Positions 29,634 to 40,618 of a stretch of 64,000 nt of DNA are shown one piece after another. The notes beneath the pieces are model-generated. The model searched no databases. It was not told where the DNA came from and worked only from the letters and a program-made list of their open reading frames with translations. Position 1 is the first letter of the stretch. Every line of letters begins with the position of its first letter. This DNA is from Hydrogenobaculum sp. 3684 (lineage in GTDB: Bacteria; Aquificota; Aquificia; Aquificales; Aquificaceae): assembly GCF_000213785.1 (NCBI RefSeq), contig NC_015557.1:970664-1034663 (forward strand), written 5' to 3'. A program made the translations under genes and the position numbers.

Positions 29634-30377
29634 ATGACTGACAACAACCAAATACTGGAAGAGCTAAGGTTAAAAGAAGGAGATACATGGCGTATCTTTA
29701 AAATACTCAGCGAATTTGTGAATGGGTTTGATACGCTATCCCATGTAAGCCCAGCGGTAACGTTTTTTGGAAGTGCCAGATTCGACGAAAACAACTTTTA
29801 CTATAAAAAGGCTTATCAGCTTAGCTACGAGTTTGGAAAAGGTGGTTACAACGTTATAACAGGTGGCGGACCAGGCATTATGGAAGCAGCCAACAGAGGA
29901 GCTAAGGATGCTGGTGTCATATCGGTGGGTTTAAATATAAAGCTTCCCAAAGAGCAAAAGCCAAATCCATATCAGACACTCTCTATGAGCTTTGAATATT
30001 TCTTTGTAAGAAAAGTTATGCTTATAAGATACTCTATAGCCTATCTTGTTTTTCCTGGTGGATTTGGTACTATGGACGAACTCTCTGAAGCTCTTACCCT
30101 AATACAAACTAAAAAGAGTCCAAAATTTCCAATTATTCTCTTTGGTAAAGAATTTTGGGAAGGTCTTGTGGATTTTTACAAAAATACCTTTATAAAACAT
30201 GGTACCATCGACGAGGAAGATTTATCTCTTATCCATCTTACCGATGATATAGACGAGGCTATAGCTATAGTAGACAAACATCTCTTAGAAAAAATAAAAC
30301 TCATGGAAGAACAAAAAGAAGACATTTCTAAGGTAGAAAGATACAAAAATACCGCAAGGATTAGAGGTCTTAGATGA
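29634..30377 (+). CDS. LOG-family (TIGR00730) protein
   Basis: GGGPGIMEAANRGA and PGGFGTMDEL motifs. Confidence 0.8.
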   Translation: MTDNNQILEELRLKEGDTWRIFKILSEFVNGFDTLSHVSPAVTFFGSARFDENNFYYKKAYQLSYEFGKGGYNVITGGGPGIMEAANRGAKDAGVISVGLNIKLPKEQKPNPYQTLSMSFEYFFVRKVMLIRYSIAYLVFPGGFGTMDELSEALTLIQTKKSPKFPIILFGKEFWEGLVDFYKNTFIKHGTIDEEDLSLIHLTDDIDEAIAIVDKHLLEKIKLMEEQKEDISKVERYKNTARIRGLR

Positions 30378-31516
30378 CCAAGTTTTTACACATAGGCGAC
30401 ATACATGCAGGGAAAACTCTTCATAACAAATCAAGAAACGACGATGCAGAATATGCCATATCTCAAGTGATAGATTTTGTAAAAAAAGAGCCTGTAGATT
30501 TTATTCTTATGGCGGGGGATATTTTTGATCAATACAACCCAGATACAGAAGCCACAAAAATCATATTTGATTTTATGGTAAGGGAGTTAAACGATTTAAA
30601 GATTCCAGTGGTTATGATCACCGGAAACCACGACGGGCATAGTTTTTTTGAAGGTTACAAGACTCTTGCCAAATACGCCAACATGCATTTGTTTGTAAAA
30701 CCATCTCCAGACGATTTTGTTATCACAATAAAAGATACCAACATAATATGTGTGCCCTACATTTCTCCTAAGTTTATAGTTAGGCTCTGGGAAGATAACT
30801 CAAGTGCAGAGTACGCTAACAAAGTAGAAAATTTTATAAATGCGCTCATTTCAAAAGCTCCAAGAAATACCTTTAATATATTGCTTTCTCATATGATGGT
30901 AAAAAGTGCAAAACCAACAAAATCAGAAAGAGAAGCTTCCATAGGGGAGTATTACGCAATAAATTTAGACAACATAAACAACCTTAAAAACTTGGACTAC
31001 GTTGCCTTAGGGCATGTGCATAGATATCAAAAGATACCCACCACTACAGATGCCTATTACACAGGTTCTTGTTTTCAAATAGATTTCAACGAAGAAGGAC
31101 AAGAAAAATACTTCAACTTTGTGGTTTTAGAAAAGCATTCCACCAACAAAGTAGAAAAGATAAAATTAGACACAAAAAACCAGCTTAAAACTATAAAAGT
31201 TGATGCTAAAAGCTTAAATATAGAAGATATAGAAAACGTAAAAGGATACGTAAGAGTTATCATAGACGATACCATCGAAAACACCAGGCTTTTAGAATCA
31301 AGGCTAACATCAGAACATATAGCCAGCAAAATATTAGAGATAAGAAGAAACGTCTTTGAAAAACCAGATATACAAGTAGATATAAACAAAATAAGAAATA
31401 ACCTTGTAGATTTTTACGAAGAATATTACAAGGCAAAATACCGCGAAGATTTGCCAGAGGATTTAAAAAAAGCATTTGTAGAACTTCAATACAAAGTAGA
31501 GCATATAGAAGAATAA
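30374..31516 (+). CDS. sbcD: SbcD/Mre11-like DNA repair exonuclease (calcineurin-like phosphoesterase)
   Basis: HIGDIHAG, MAGDIFD and GNHD phosphoesterase motifs. No sbcC follows. Confidence 0.7.
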   Translation: MTKFLHIGDIHAGKTLHNKSRNDDAEYAISQVIDFVKKEPVDFILMAGDIFDQYNPDTEATKIIFDFMVRELNDLKIPVVMITGNHDGHSFFEGYKTLAKYANMHLFVKPSPDDFVITIKDTNIICVPYISPKFIVRLWEDNSSAEYANKVENFINALISKAPRNTFNILLSHMMVKSAKPTKSEREASIGEYYAINLDNINNLKNLDYVALGHVHRYQKIPTTTDAYYTGSCFQIDFNEEGQEKYFNFVVLEKHSTNKVEKIKLDTKNQLKTIKVDAKSLNIEDIENVKGYVRVIIDDTIENTRLLESRLTSEHIASKILEIRRNVFEKPDIQVDINKIRNNLVDFYEEYYKAKYREDLPEDLKKAFVELQYKVEHIEE

Positions 31517-31576
31517 AAAATAGCAATTGACTTTTTCACAAACTTTTTTATTTTAAAGTAAAGGAGGGTAAAAAGC

Positions 31577-32425
31577 TTGATAAATTTGACAATAGTGCTT
31601 GCAATTGTAATCATAGCGCTAGTATTGATAAGATTTTCTATAAGAGCGGTTCCCCAAGGAGAAGAGTGGATTATAGAAAGACTTGGTAGATACCATAGGA
31701 CTTTAAAACCAGGCCTTGCTTTTATAATGCCTTTTGTAGATTACATCAGAAACAAGGTTAACGTAAGAGAGCAGTTTTTAGATGTACCTTCTCAAGCTGT
31801 CATAACAAAAGATAACGCTATAGTCCAAATAGACGCCGTTTTTTTCTACAGAGTGGTAGATAGCTACAACGCCACTTACAACATTACAAACATAGATGCA
31901 TCGTTGATACAATTAGCCAAAACAAACCTAAGAGCCATAATAGGCTCCATGGAACTAGAACATGCCCTATCCAATAGAGATGAAATAAACGCAAAGCTTA
32001 GAAACAACTTATCTGGTATAGAAAGCGAATGGGGCATAGTGATAACAAGGGTAGAAATAAGAGATATACTTCCACCAGAAACCATAGTAAAAGCCATGGA
32101 AAAACAAATACAAGCTGATAGAGAAAAAAGAGCTATCATCCTTCAAGCAGAAGCCAATAGAGAAAAACAACGCTTAGAGTCCGAAGGTTATCTCATAGCA
32201 CAAACCAACAGAGCAGAAGCTATAAAAAGGGTAGGACAAGCCCAAGCAGACGTCATAGCAATGATAGGGCAATCTCTAAAAGAATCAGGAGAAACCGCTG
32301 GTTTATTACAACTAGGAGAGCGTTATATAGAGGCTATAAAAGATTTGGCTTCTTCAAACAGCTCTAAGCTGATAATATTCCCAAACAGCATAATAGATGC
32401 CGTAAAAGGCCTTATAGACAAATGA
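31577..32425 (+). CDS. SPFH/band-7 (stomatin-like) protein
   Basis: N-terminal TM helix plus an SPFH-domain pattern. TTG start with a GGAGGG RBS 9 nt upstream. Confidence 0.8.
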   Translation: MINLTIVLAIVIIALVLIRFSIRAVPQGEEWIIERLGRYHRTLKPGLAFIMPFVDYIRNKVNVREQFLDVPSQAVITKDNAIVQIDAVFFYRVVDSYNATYNITNIDASLIQLAKTNLRAIIGSMELEHALSNRDEINAKLRNNLSGIESEWGIVITRVEIRDILPPETIVKAMEKQIQADREKRAIILQAEANREKQRLESEGYLIAQTNRAEAIKRVGQAQADVIAMIGQSLKESGETAGLLQLGERYIEAIKDLASSNSSKLIIFPNSIIDAVKGLIDK

Positions 32426-32898
32426 GCCCGTTTCTTTGGATACTGCTTGGTATAGTGCTTTCTTTATTAGAACTAGCACATCCTGTAATGATATTCTTTC
32501 CCATAGGGCTTAGTGCTATTGCAACTGGAGTTTTTGGGCTTTTGATAGAATATTTTACAAAAATACCTTACGAAAAAATGCTCATAACCCAACTTATCAC
32601 ATTTTTTGTTGTAAGCGCTATAAATATATATCTTCTTCGTAAAATCTCAAAAGAGTGGATAAGTGTAAAAACACCAAAATCTTCTCAGCCAGAGAACGCT
32701 ATACTTGGCAAGGAAGTTTACGCAAAAGAAGACGCTAAAGCAAAAACCATGATAGAGGTGGAATCCCCTTCTCCAATCCTCGGTGTAAACTTATGGCATG
32801 CAAAAGTTTTAGACGATGTAAAAGCAGGCGATAAGCTTGTAGTGGTTGGTCACGAGGGAGGTATATTGGTTTGCAAAAAAGCTTCCCCTAATGTATAG
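32422..32898 (+). CDS. NfeD-family membrane protein (stomatin partner)
   Basis: TM helices plus a C-terminal OB-like soluble domain. The gene overlaps the SPFH stop by 4 nt. Confidence 0.7.
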   Translation: MSPFLWILLGIVLSLLELAHPVMIFFPIGLSAIATGVFGLLIEYFTKIPYEKMLITQLITFFVVSAINIYLLRKISKEWISVKTPKSSQPENAILGKEVYAKEDAKAKTMIEVESPSPILGVNLWHAKVLDDVKAGDKLVVVGHEGGILVCKKASPNV

Positions 32899-32903
32899 GA
32901 TCG

Positions 32904-33017
32904 GATAGAATATGAACAGAGTGCTGTAAGCACGTTTTATATGCCTATCCTTTTAAAAGACACTTATCATAAGATATAAGAAATGCTGTTGACACACTTA
33001 AATAATCATATTATAAA
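32904..33017 (+). repeat. Copy 1 of a ~115-bp repeated intergenic element (box1 GATAGAATATGRACAGAGTG, hairpin, box2 AAATGCYGTTGRCACACT), ending in TTGACA-17-TATAAA
   Basis: Aligned by eye to copy 2 at 51968-52075. Confidence 0.5.
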
Positions 33018-33462
33018 CCTTTTGCTCTAAAGATTTTTTGTAGTCTTCGAGCTTTTTAGAAAGAGATTCGTATTTTATAGATAAAATCCTAATGGCTAAA
33101 AGAGCGGCGTTGTAGGCGTTTCCAATGGCTACTGTGGCTACTGGTATACCTTTTGGCATCTGGACTATGGAGTACAAAGAATCAACACCGTTTAGATGCT
33201 TTGTCGGTATCGGGACACCTATTACCGGAAGTGTAGTGATGGATGCCACCATACCCGGCAAATGGGCAGCACCACCAGCCCCTGCTATTATCAGTTCTAT
33301 GCCCCTTTCTTTTGCGCTTTTGGCATATTCATACATCAAATCTGGGGTTCTATGAGCGGATACCACCTTTTTCTCGTAAGGGACTTCAAACTCCTCAAGT
33401 AAATCCGCAGCTTCTTTCATATATTCCCAATCCGATGAGCTTCCCATTATTATACCTATCAT
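32998..33462 (-). CDS. purE: N5-carboxyaminoimidazole ribonucleotide mutase
   Basis: GSSSDW, AHRTP and [13 protein letters not shown] motifs. Confidence 0.9.
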   Translation of the reverse strand: MIGIIMGSSSDWEYMKEAADLLEEFEVPYEKKVVSAHRTPDLMYEYAKSAKERGIELIIAGAGGAAHLPGMVASITTLPVIGVPIPTKHLNGVDSLYSIVQMPKGIPVATVAIGNAYNAALLAIRILSIKYESLSKKLEDYKKSLEQKVYNMII

Positions 33463-33492
33463 TCTAAATATTATAAATGCTATAATAAAAAG

Positions 33493-34569
33493 ATGTTTAG
33501 CAAGAGAATTAAGCTTTTAAAAGCCTACAAAACCGAGACAACACCTTGTCATATAAAACTCTCTTCCAACGAAAACCCTTTTGATTTGGAGGAGTCTGTA
33601 AAGTTAGAGCTTTTAGAGGTTATAAAAAATATAGAGTTCAACAGATATCCAGATCCCCATGCTACAAAACTAAGACAAACCCTATCCAAACTTTATGAGG
33701 TAGAACCAGAAAACATAATGGTTTGCAACGGCTCAGATGAAGCCATCCAATATCTTATGCTTGGTATAGGAGAACTTGATGAAGGGGCACTGATACCGCG
33801 TCCTACGTTTCCCATGTATGAGGTTATAGCAAACGCTTTGGGAAAACCCATATACGATGTGGATTTGGATGAAAATTTTCAAATGAACAAACAAACCCTT
33901 CAAAAAGCCATTGAGAAAAAACCCTCTATCGCTTTTATATCAAATCCAAACAACCCCACCGGAAACTTGTTTAAGGATGAAGATATAGCACTTATAAGAA
34001 AACATACTTTTACAGTCGTAGATGAAGCTTATTATGATTTTTGTGGTAAAACTTATATAAAAGATGCTATAAAAGATGACAACATAGCAGTTATGAGAAC
34101 TTTATCCAAAATAGGCCTTGCTTCTTTGAGAGTTGGGGCTTTGATAGGCACAAAAGAGTTTATAAGAGAAATATCTAAACTAAAGATGCCTTTTAACGTA
34201 TCCTCCACATCCCAAGCTATAGCAGATTACATTGTTTCAAACCACATAGATAACATCAAAAACCAAATAAAAGTTTTAACAGATGAAAGACATAGGCTAA
34301 AAGAAGCCCTTTCTGAGATAAAAGGTATAAAAGTGTATGATTCTTGTGCAAACTTTTTCCTAATAAAAGTAAACGATGCAGATTTTATTCATAAAAGCCT
34401 CATACAAAAAGGTATTTTGACAAGGAACATATCTTACCTTCCAAACCTTGAAAACCATATAAGGATAAGTATCGGTAAAAAAGAAGAAAACGACGCTCTT
34501 ATAAACGCTTTAAAAGAAATAGCTCAACAAGTCTACCACGATAACAAGTCTACCACGGTCTATGAGTGA
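33493..34569 (+). CDS. hisC: histidinol-phosphate aminotransferase
   Basis: LSSNENPF N-terminal motif; class-II aminotransferase pattern; PLP Lys region (TLSK). Confidence 0.8.
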   Translation: MFSKRIKLLKAYKTETTPCHIKLSSNENPFDLEESVKLELLEVIKNIEFNRYPDPHATKLRQTLSKLYEVEPENIMVCNGSDEAIQYLMLGIGELDEGALIPRPTFPMYEVIANALGKPIYDVDLDENFQMNKQTLQKAIEKKPSIAFISNPNNPTGNLFKDEDIALIRKHTFTVVDEAYYDFCGKTYIKDAIKDDNIAVMRTLSKIGLASLRVGALIGTKEFIREISKLKMPFNVSSTSQAIADYIVSNHIDNIKNQIKVLTDERHRLKEALSEIKGIKVYDSCANFFLIKVNDADFIHKSLIQKGILTRNISYLPNLENHIRISIGKKEENDALINALKEIAQQVYHDNKSTTVYE

Positions 34570-34897
34570 AGAATGCCCAGTTAGTATAACGTTAAATATA
34601 TTAAACGGCAAATGGAAACTTCTTATTATAAAAGAACTACTCACAGGCAAAAAGCGTTTTTCGGAGCTAAAAAAGTCTATGCCAGAAGTAACTCAAAAAA
34701 TGCTCACAAAACAACTAAGAGAGTTAGAATATTATGGTCTTATAGAGAGAAAAATATATCCTGAAATCCCCCCGAAAGTAGAATATTCTCTTACGCCTCT
34801 TGGAGAGAGTTTAAAACCCGTCTTAGATGTGTTGCATAAATGGGGTGAAGAGTATAGAGCGACAACTTCGCATTTCAAAGCTAACGAACAGGTATAG
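34562..34897 (+). CDS. HxlR-family transcriptional regulator
   Basis: CP(V/I)xxxLxxxxGKWK winged-helix HxlR signature. Confidence 0.8.
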   Translation: MSEECPVSITLNILNGKWKLLIIKELLTGKKRFSELKKSMPEVTQKMLTKQLRELEYYGLIERKIYPEIPPKVEYSLTPLGESLKPVLDVLHKWGEEYRATTSHFKANEQV

Positions 34898-34985
34898 GCG
34901 CTCCATAGCTCAGAGAGCGGCCGTTGGAACAATGTTAAAAACTATAAAAACTTCTTCAAACTTCTGATAAAATAATATAATCCTA

Positions 34986-35075
34986 GGAGAGGTGGCTGAG
35001 TGGCCGAAAGCGGGTGATTTGAAATCACTTGTGGGTTGACGCCCACCGGGGGTTCGAATCCCTCCCTCTCCGCCA
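34986..35075 (+). tRNA. tRNA-Ser (anticodon TGA)
   Basis: Perfect 7-bp acceptor stem GGAGAGG/CCTCTCC; anticodon loop tTTGAaa; long variable arm (GTGGG/CCCAC); GGTTCGAAT T-loop; encoded CCA. Confidence 0.9.
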
Positions 35076-35109
35076 TAAAATCCTGCTTATATATTGCAAT
35101 TTTGCAGTG

Positions 35110-35805
35110 TTATTGAACGCTTATCATAACGTATTGTATATGTTTATTGCCTGGTGAAATATATTCAGAATGAATATTAAGTGTGTACTTTTTATTGCCA
35201 GATGCTATTACAGTCATATTTTTGATATCGCATTCCCTTTCTATGCATTTGTGCCTAAGAGACTCAATAAATTCTTCTTCACTTGGTTTCTTGATGTCAT
35301 AGATATGATAAAAAGCGTCAATAATAGAACGCCCTGCTTTATCTTCAGTAGATAAACATTCTTTACTTCCCAAATTTCTTGCAAGCCGCATTCCTATGAA
35401 ACAGTTCACAGTAAAGACACCATCGCTTATATCTCCTACATCAACGGTAAGAGTAGTGTTTTTGTAAGGAAATTGTATGATAGCATCATTGTTTCCGCCA
35501 CCTATCGTAGCTTCAGGGTAGTTTTGTTTGTAAAAGGATACCACAGCTTTTTTCAGATCCGTTCCTGAAATGCTGGATGCTTGAGTTTGTTTAGCTTCTT
35601 GTTGATTAGATGTCTGCACTGTTGATTGTGTAGTATTGCCCGTCATCAACGCCGAACCAATAACCATGACAATAAACCCACCAATCCTAAATATCCATTT
35701 GTGGTTTCTGAACATCTCTAACTTCTTTGCATCGGCTTCATTTTTCGGTTTTACAAACGTTCCTATGAAAAGCACAAACCCTACGATAAGAAGAATTAAG
35801 CCCAT
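35110..35805 (-). CDS. hypothetical membrane protein
   Basis: Two N-terminal TM helices and a Q/T-rich linker; no motif. Confidence 0.4.
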   Translation of the reverse strand: MGLILLIVGFVLFIGTFVKPKNEADAKKLEMFRNHKWIFRIGGFIVMVIGSALMTGNTTQSTVQTSNQQEAKQTQASSISGTDLKKAVVSFYKQNYPEATIGGGNNDAIIQFPYKNTTLTVDVGDISDGVFTVNCFIGMRLARNLGSKECLSTEDKAGRSIIDAFYHIYDIKKPSEEEFIESLRHKCIERECDIKNMTVIASGNKKYTLNIHSEYISPGNKHIQYVMISVQ

Positions 35806-35863
35806 AATTTACCCCCTTACAAAAATTATACTACTTTTTCCTACCATCCCTGCAATTTTGCAC

Positions 35864-36049
35864 TCACAACTTCCGTCTTGCTATCACTTCTTGACCAGTC
35901 CCAATGATCCTAAAACCCTCGTTTGGATGGATAGGTTCATAATCTGGATTGTTTGATATGAAAGCGATGCCGTTTTTGCCTTTATAGATTCTCTTCACAT
36001 ACAGCTCTCCCTTATCATCTCTGACAATGACAATTTTCTTGTTCGGCAA
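35864..36049 (-). pseudogene. Truncated S24 (LexA/CI/UmuD-like) peptidase C-terminal fragment
   Basis: LYVKRI...NNPDYEPI...FRIIGTGQEVIARR aligns with the LexA C-terminal beta-strands and includes the catalytic Lys, but the Ser-containing N-terminal half is missing. TTG start. The upstream frame has no Ser motif. Confidence 0.5.
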
Positions 36050-36114
36050 GTCTCTAGCATCGTTGTAAAAATACTTTGCTATGATAATAAAGCTTTTTCT
36101 GATATAATTAATAG

Positions 36115-37362
<1,248 letters not shown>

Positions 37363-37449
37363 TATAAAATATTTTTAGTTTTCATCAAATTTTCATCTTT
37401 TTTTTATTATATTAAAAACTATCAAAACTTTTATAGGAGGTTAAGAGCT

Positions 37450-37635
37450 ATGAAGAAGTTCTTATCAATGCTTTTGGCAGGTATGTTTGCAGTATCACCA
37501 ATGGTGATGGCAGCAGAGAAGAAAATGGAACACAAACCAGTGCACAAGAAGATGGTGCACAAAAAATGGCACAAGAAGTGGCATAAAAAAGTAGCCCACA
37601 AAAAATGGCACAAAAAAGTAGAGCACAAGAAGTGA
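37450..37635 (+). CDS. small secreted His/Lys-rich repeat protein
   Basis: AGGAGG RBS 8 nt upstream; signal peptide MKKFLSMLLAGMFAVSPMVMA; six HKK(W/V) repeats; followed by a terminator hairpin. Confidence 0.55.
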   Translation: MKKFLSMLLAGMFAVSPMVMAAEKKMEHKPVHKKMVHKKWHKKWHKKVAHKKWHKKVEHKK

Positions 37636-37655
37636 TATAAATCCTCTCATTTTCT

Positions 37656-37690
37656 GGCCCCGATGTTATTTCGGGGCTTTTAAAAAAATT
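37656..37690 (+). terminator. Rho-independent terminator
   Basis: GGCCCCGA-tgttatt-TCGGGGC followed by TTTTAAAAAAA. Confidence 0.55.
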
Positions 37691-37732
37691 AAAAACTCAC
37701 CTGCCCTACCCCCTCCGCTTTATTAAAAACTA

Positions 37733-40618
37733 TTAAGCTGTCGTTTGTGAGCCTTGTTCAAACACTGTTATGACTTCTTTGTTCTTTATGGTGAAAGCAG
37801 ATCCTTTTGTTTTATCTATTATGATTACTCTTGTCCATTCGTTTAATACAAGCTCTAAGGCTTTTGGTACACTCTTGGCGGCTTCCATAACCTTCTCAAT
37901 AGGAGCTTCTACAAATACAAGAAGCCTCATTGGTTCGTGGTATGGTTTCCCATCCACATACACTGTTTGATAGGGAAGACCAGTTCTTAGATCGCCGTAG
38001 TTTCCTGTCCAAACGCCAACTTTTCCCACTACGTTGTGATACACCTTAGAACCAGCTCCTAATTTTTCGTTATCTGTAGTGGAAAAATAGTATTCTAAGT
38101 TTATCCACTCACCGATGAGATAAGGACCAGCCAATATGTTTTTCAATATAGAACCATCTTTGTCTATCTCCCAATCGTAAGATTGCATGAAAACCCTATT
38201 TTTGAGTGCTAAATTTTGAGTGCTAGAGCGTTTTCCTACGTAAGCTCCCATGTTTTTGGATAATCCCCATTCTGGTCTTGTTTCAGACCAATCTATAGCT
38301 CTTATAAATATTTTTTCAGGGTTATCAGCGTAAGGAAGCATCTTTGCTCTTTCTTCTCTTGTTTTTTGAGAAGCCAATTTAAAATCTTCTAAGACCTTGT
38401 TTAAGTATGCTCTATGAGTTTCCGGCACAAAATCCAAATCGTAAAGCTCTAACTCATCTGTGGTGGTATCGTGAATACCAGGTATAAACACAGTATCCTC
38501 TGGTATAAAAATACCTTTTAGAGCAAGAGCTTCTTTAACATCTCTTTTATTTGCTATTCTAGCTAAGACTCTTACGTTTGCAAGACCGTTGTTGCCTCCG
38601 CAGGCACCGCAGTCAAGGGCAGACTCAAAAGGATTGTTATCAGAAGTGCTTCCGTGTCCAAACAAGAATACAAACTTAGGAAAATCTTTGGTAAAACCTA
38701 TGAGTTTTAAAAAGTTGTACACCAAGCTAACTTGCTCTTCTGGTGTATATCCTATCATAGATAGCTTTTGCTTTTGGAATTCGTAAGCTTCTTTTGTGAC
38801 GTTGTATTTGGTTTTTAAAAGCTCCAAAAATTTGGCATCAAAAGATGCTTTTTCGTTTAATATAGTGTTTAGTATTTCAAGGGCGTCTTTGTATTTTAAG
38901 TTTTTCTTATAGGCTTCATGATAGGCTTCTTGTATCTTTTCTACAAAAAATCTTTTTGCATACTCTTCAATCTCTTGTTCAGAAAGTTTGTCTATGGTAA
39001 AGGTAGTGTCTGGTTTTTGAGCTTTTACATTCTTCATCAGCTTTTGAGTAAGTCCAGGGAAAAGCGTTTTACCAAACAAATTAATTCCAAAAAGCCATCC
39101 CATTGCCTCCACCATGAAAAATGGTGTATATGGGTTATTTTTAAGAGATTCTAAGATCTTCTTAAAAGTATAATTGATATTTTTCTTTTGTTCATATTCT
39201 TTATGGCTGTCCTTTGGAAGTTCTAGGATAATCTTCTCTGGTTTCATGATAACAGGGCAAGAGTATATTTCATGTCCTTTGTCAAACTCTATAAAAGCTA
39301 TAGGAGTACCAAAAAATCCAGCCACTCCGTAGGTGTTGTAATGTCCAAACCTCTCTAAATTTCTTCTTATGGCCTCTGATCTTACATCTATGCAAAATAT
39401 CGCAGTAGCTAAATTTGATTTTAATTCTCTTTCTTTTGCCATTAAAAACTCTTTTGAAAGATCTTTTATGTAAGAGTCTTCCAAAGATACAAGCCATATA
39501 TATCCCACTTCCTCTTCTAAAAACTCCACAAGTTCAATCAACGCTTTTGGGTTGTCCAAATAAAGACTCATAGCATATATTACATTTTGAAGAAGAGATG
39601 CCCTTTGAACTTCTCTGTAGTTTAAATACTCTTCAAATATCGCTTTATAATCTTTGCCAAGCTCAATTTCGTCCAAAAACTTTGGATATAACATGTTTTT
39701 GGCTTTTAAAAGCTTTAAAACCACATAATAGGGATTTTTTGAAGCAAAATCTCTAAACGCATCGAAGTTTTTTATTGGTGCTTTTTTTAGGTATTTGTGC
39801 TCAAAATAAAGCCTTATAGCAAGATACGCCATCATAGAAGATGGGTATTTTATCTGGAAGTAGTAGTCTTGTGCTTCACTTCTATACTTTATGAAAGATG
39901 ACCAACCAAAATCTTTAACAAAATGGTTTAATATATATCTTTCAATGTCGCTTGGATTTAAAAAGTTTATATGCTTTTCTACAAAAGATTCTTCATCAAG
40001 GGTTTCTTTTATACCTTCGTATAGTTTAAAAGCCTCAAACATGCCCCTTTCTCTTTCTGGCATAGACATGGTGGTTTGGCCTTCGTCTAAAAATCTTGCT
40101 ATAAATTCCACTATCTCTTTCTCTATAATGTCTGTATAGTTTTTGTCAAACACTGCATCTACTATTTCGCAAAGGATCATATCTTCACAAAGTTCTTCTA
40201 TAAGCCCCAATACACCTTTTTGATAATACGTTGTCGATATGTTATCTTTGGTTTTAACATGTTTAAGTATAGCTTCATCTAAGTCTTTTGGTACTTTTTT
40301 ATACTCATCTAAAGATGGGCTTATATCCACCATAAAGGTTTTTGCTTCTTGAAAATAATTTTCAAGTCCTATTTTTCTTAGTTCTTCCAACAAATTTTCT
40401 TCAAAAACATCCTTTTTGATAATACCATCCTTGTAGAGTTCTACGTAGTAAGAAGAAGGCATGTATACTTTTGCTTTAAAAAGCTTTGAGGCTTTTTTAA
40501 GGCCTTCTCTAAAAGGCATATCCTCAAAACCCATAAGAGGATTTCTAGATATGAATGTGGTCATTGGCCAATAATAGGGAATAAGCTTCACCGCGTTTTC
40601 AAAAGCTACTCTTATCAT
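37733..40618 (-). CDS. dabA: DabA (DUF2309) subunit of the DAB inorganic-carbon accumulation complex
   Basis: 961 aa; N-terminal FISRNPLMGFEDMPF and the conserved SALDCGACGGNNG cysteine/zinc-site motif typical of DUF2309/DabA. Confidence 0.7.
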   Translation of the reverse strand: MIRVAFENAVKLIPYYWPMTTFISRNPLMGFEDMPFREGLKKASKLFKAKVYMPSSYYVELYKDGIIKKDVFEENLLEELRKIGLENYFQEAKTFMVDISPSLDEYKKVPKDLDEAILKHVKTKDNISTTYYQKGVLGLIEELCEDMILCEIVDAVFDKNYTDIIEKEIVEFIARFLDEGQTTMSMPERERGMFEAFKLYEGIKETLDEESFVEKHINFLNPSDIERYILNHFVKDFGWSSFIKYRSEAQDYYFQIKYPSSMMAYLAIRLYFEHKYLKKAPIKNFDAFRDFASKNPYYVVLKLLKAKNMLYPKFLDEIELGKDYKAIFEEYLNYREVQRASLLQNVIYAMSLYLDNPKALIELVEFLEEEVGYIWLVSLEDSYIKDLSKEFLMAKERELKSNLATAIFCIDVRSEAIRRNLERFGHYNTYGVAGFFGTPIAFIEFDKGHEIYSCPVIMKPEKIILELPKDSHKEYEQKKNINYTFKKILESLKNNPYTPFFMVEAMGWLFGINLFGKTLFPGLTQKLMKNVKAQKPDTTFTIDKLSEQEIEEYAKRFFVEKIQEAYHEAYKKNLKYKDALEILNTILNEKASFDAKFLELLKTKYNVTKEAYEFQKQKLSMIGYTPEEQVSLVYNFLKLIGFTKDFPKFVFLFGHGSTSDNNPFESALDCGACGGNNGLANVRVLARIANKRDVKEALALKGIFIPEDTVFIPGIHDTTTDELELYDLDFVPETHRAYLNKVLEDFKLASQKTREERAKMLPYADNPEKIFIRAIDWSETRPEWGLSKNMGAYVGKRSSTQNLALKNRVFMQSYDWEIDKDGSILKNILAGPYLIGEWINLEYYFSTTDNEKLGAGSKVYHNVVGKVGVWTGNYGDLRTGLPYQTVYVDGKPYHEPMRLLVFVEAPIEKVMEAAKSVPKALELVLNEWTRVIIIDKTKGSAFTIKNKEVITVFEQGSQTTA

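Noticed and set aside
37431-37628. 65-aa minus-strand Cys/Phe-rich ORF overlapping the HKK-repeat gene
   Set aside because: The plus-strand ORF has a strong AGGAGG RBS, a signal peptide and a terminator. The minus-strand frame has none of these and is most likely an artefact of the codon repeat.
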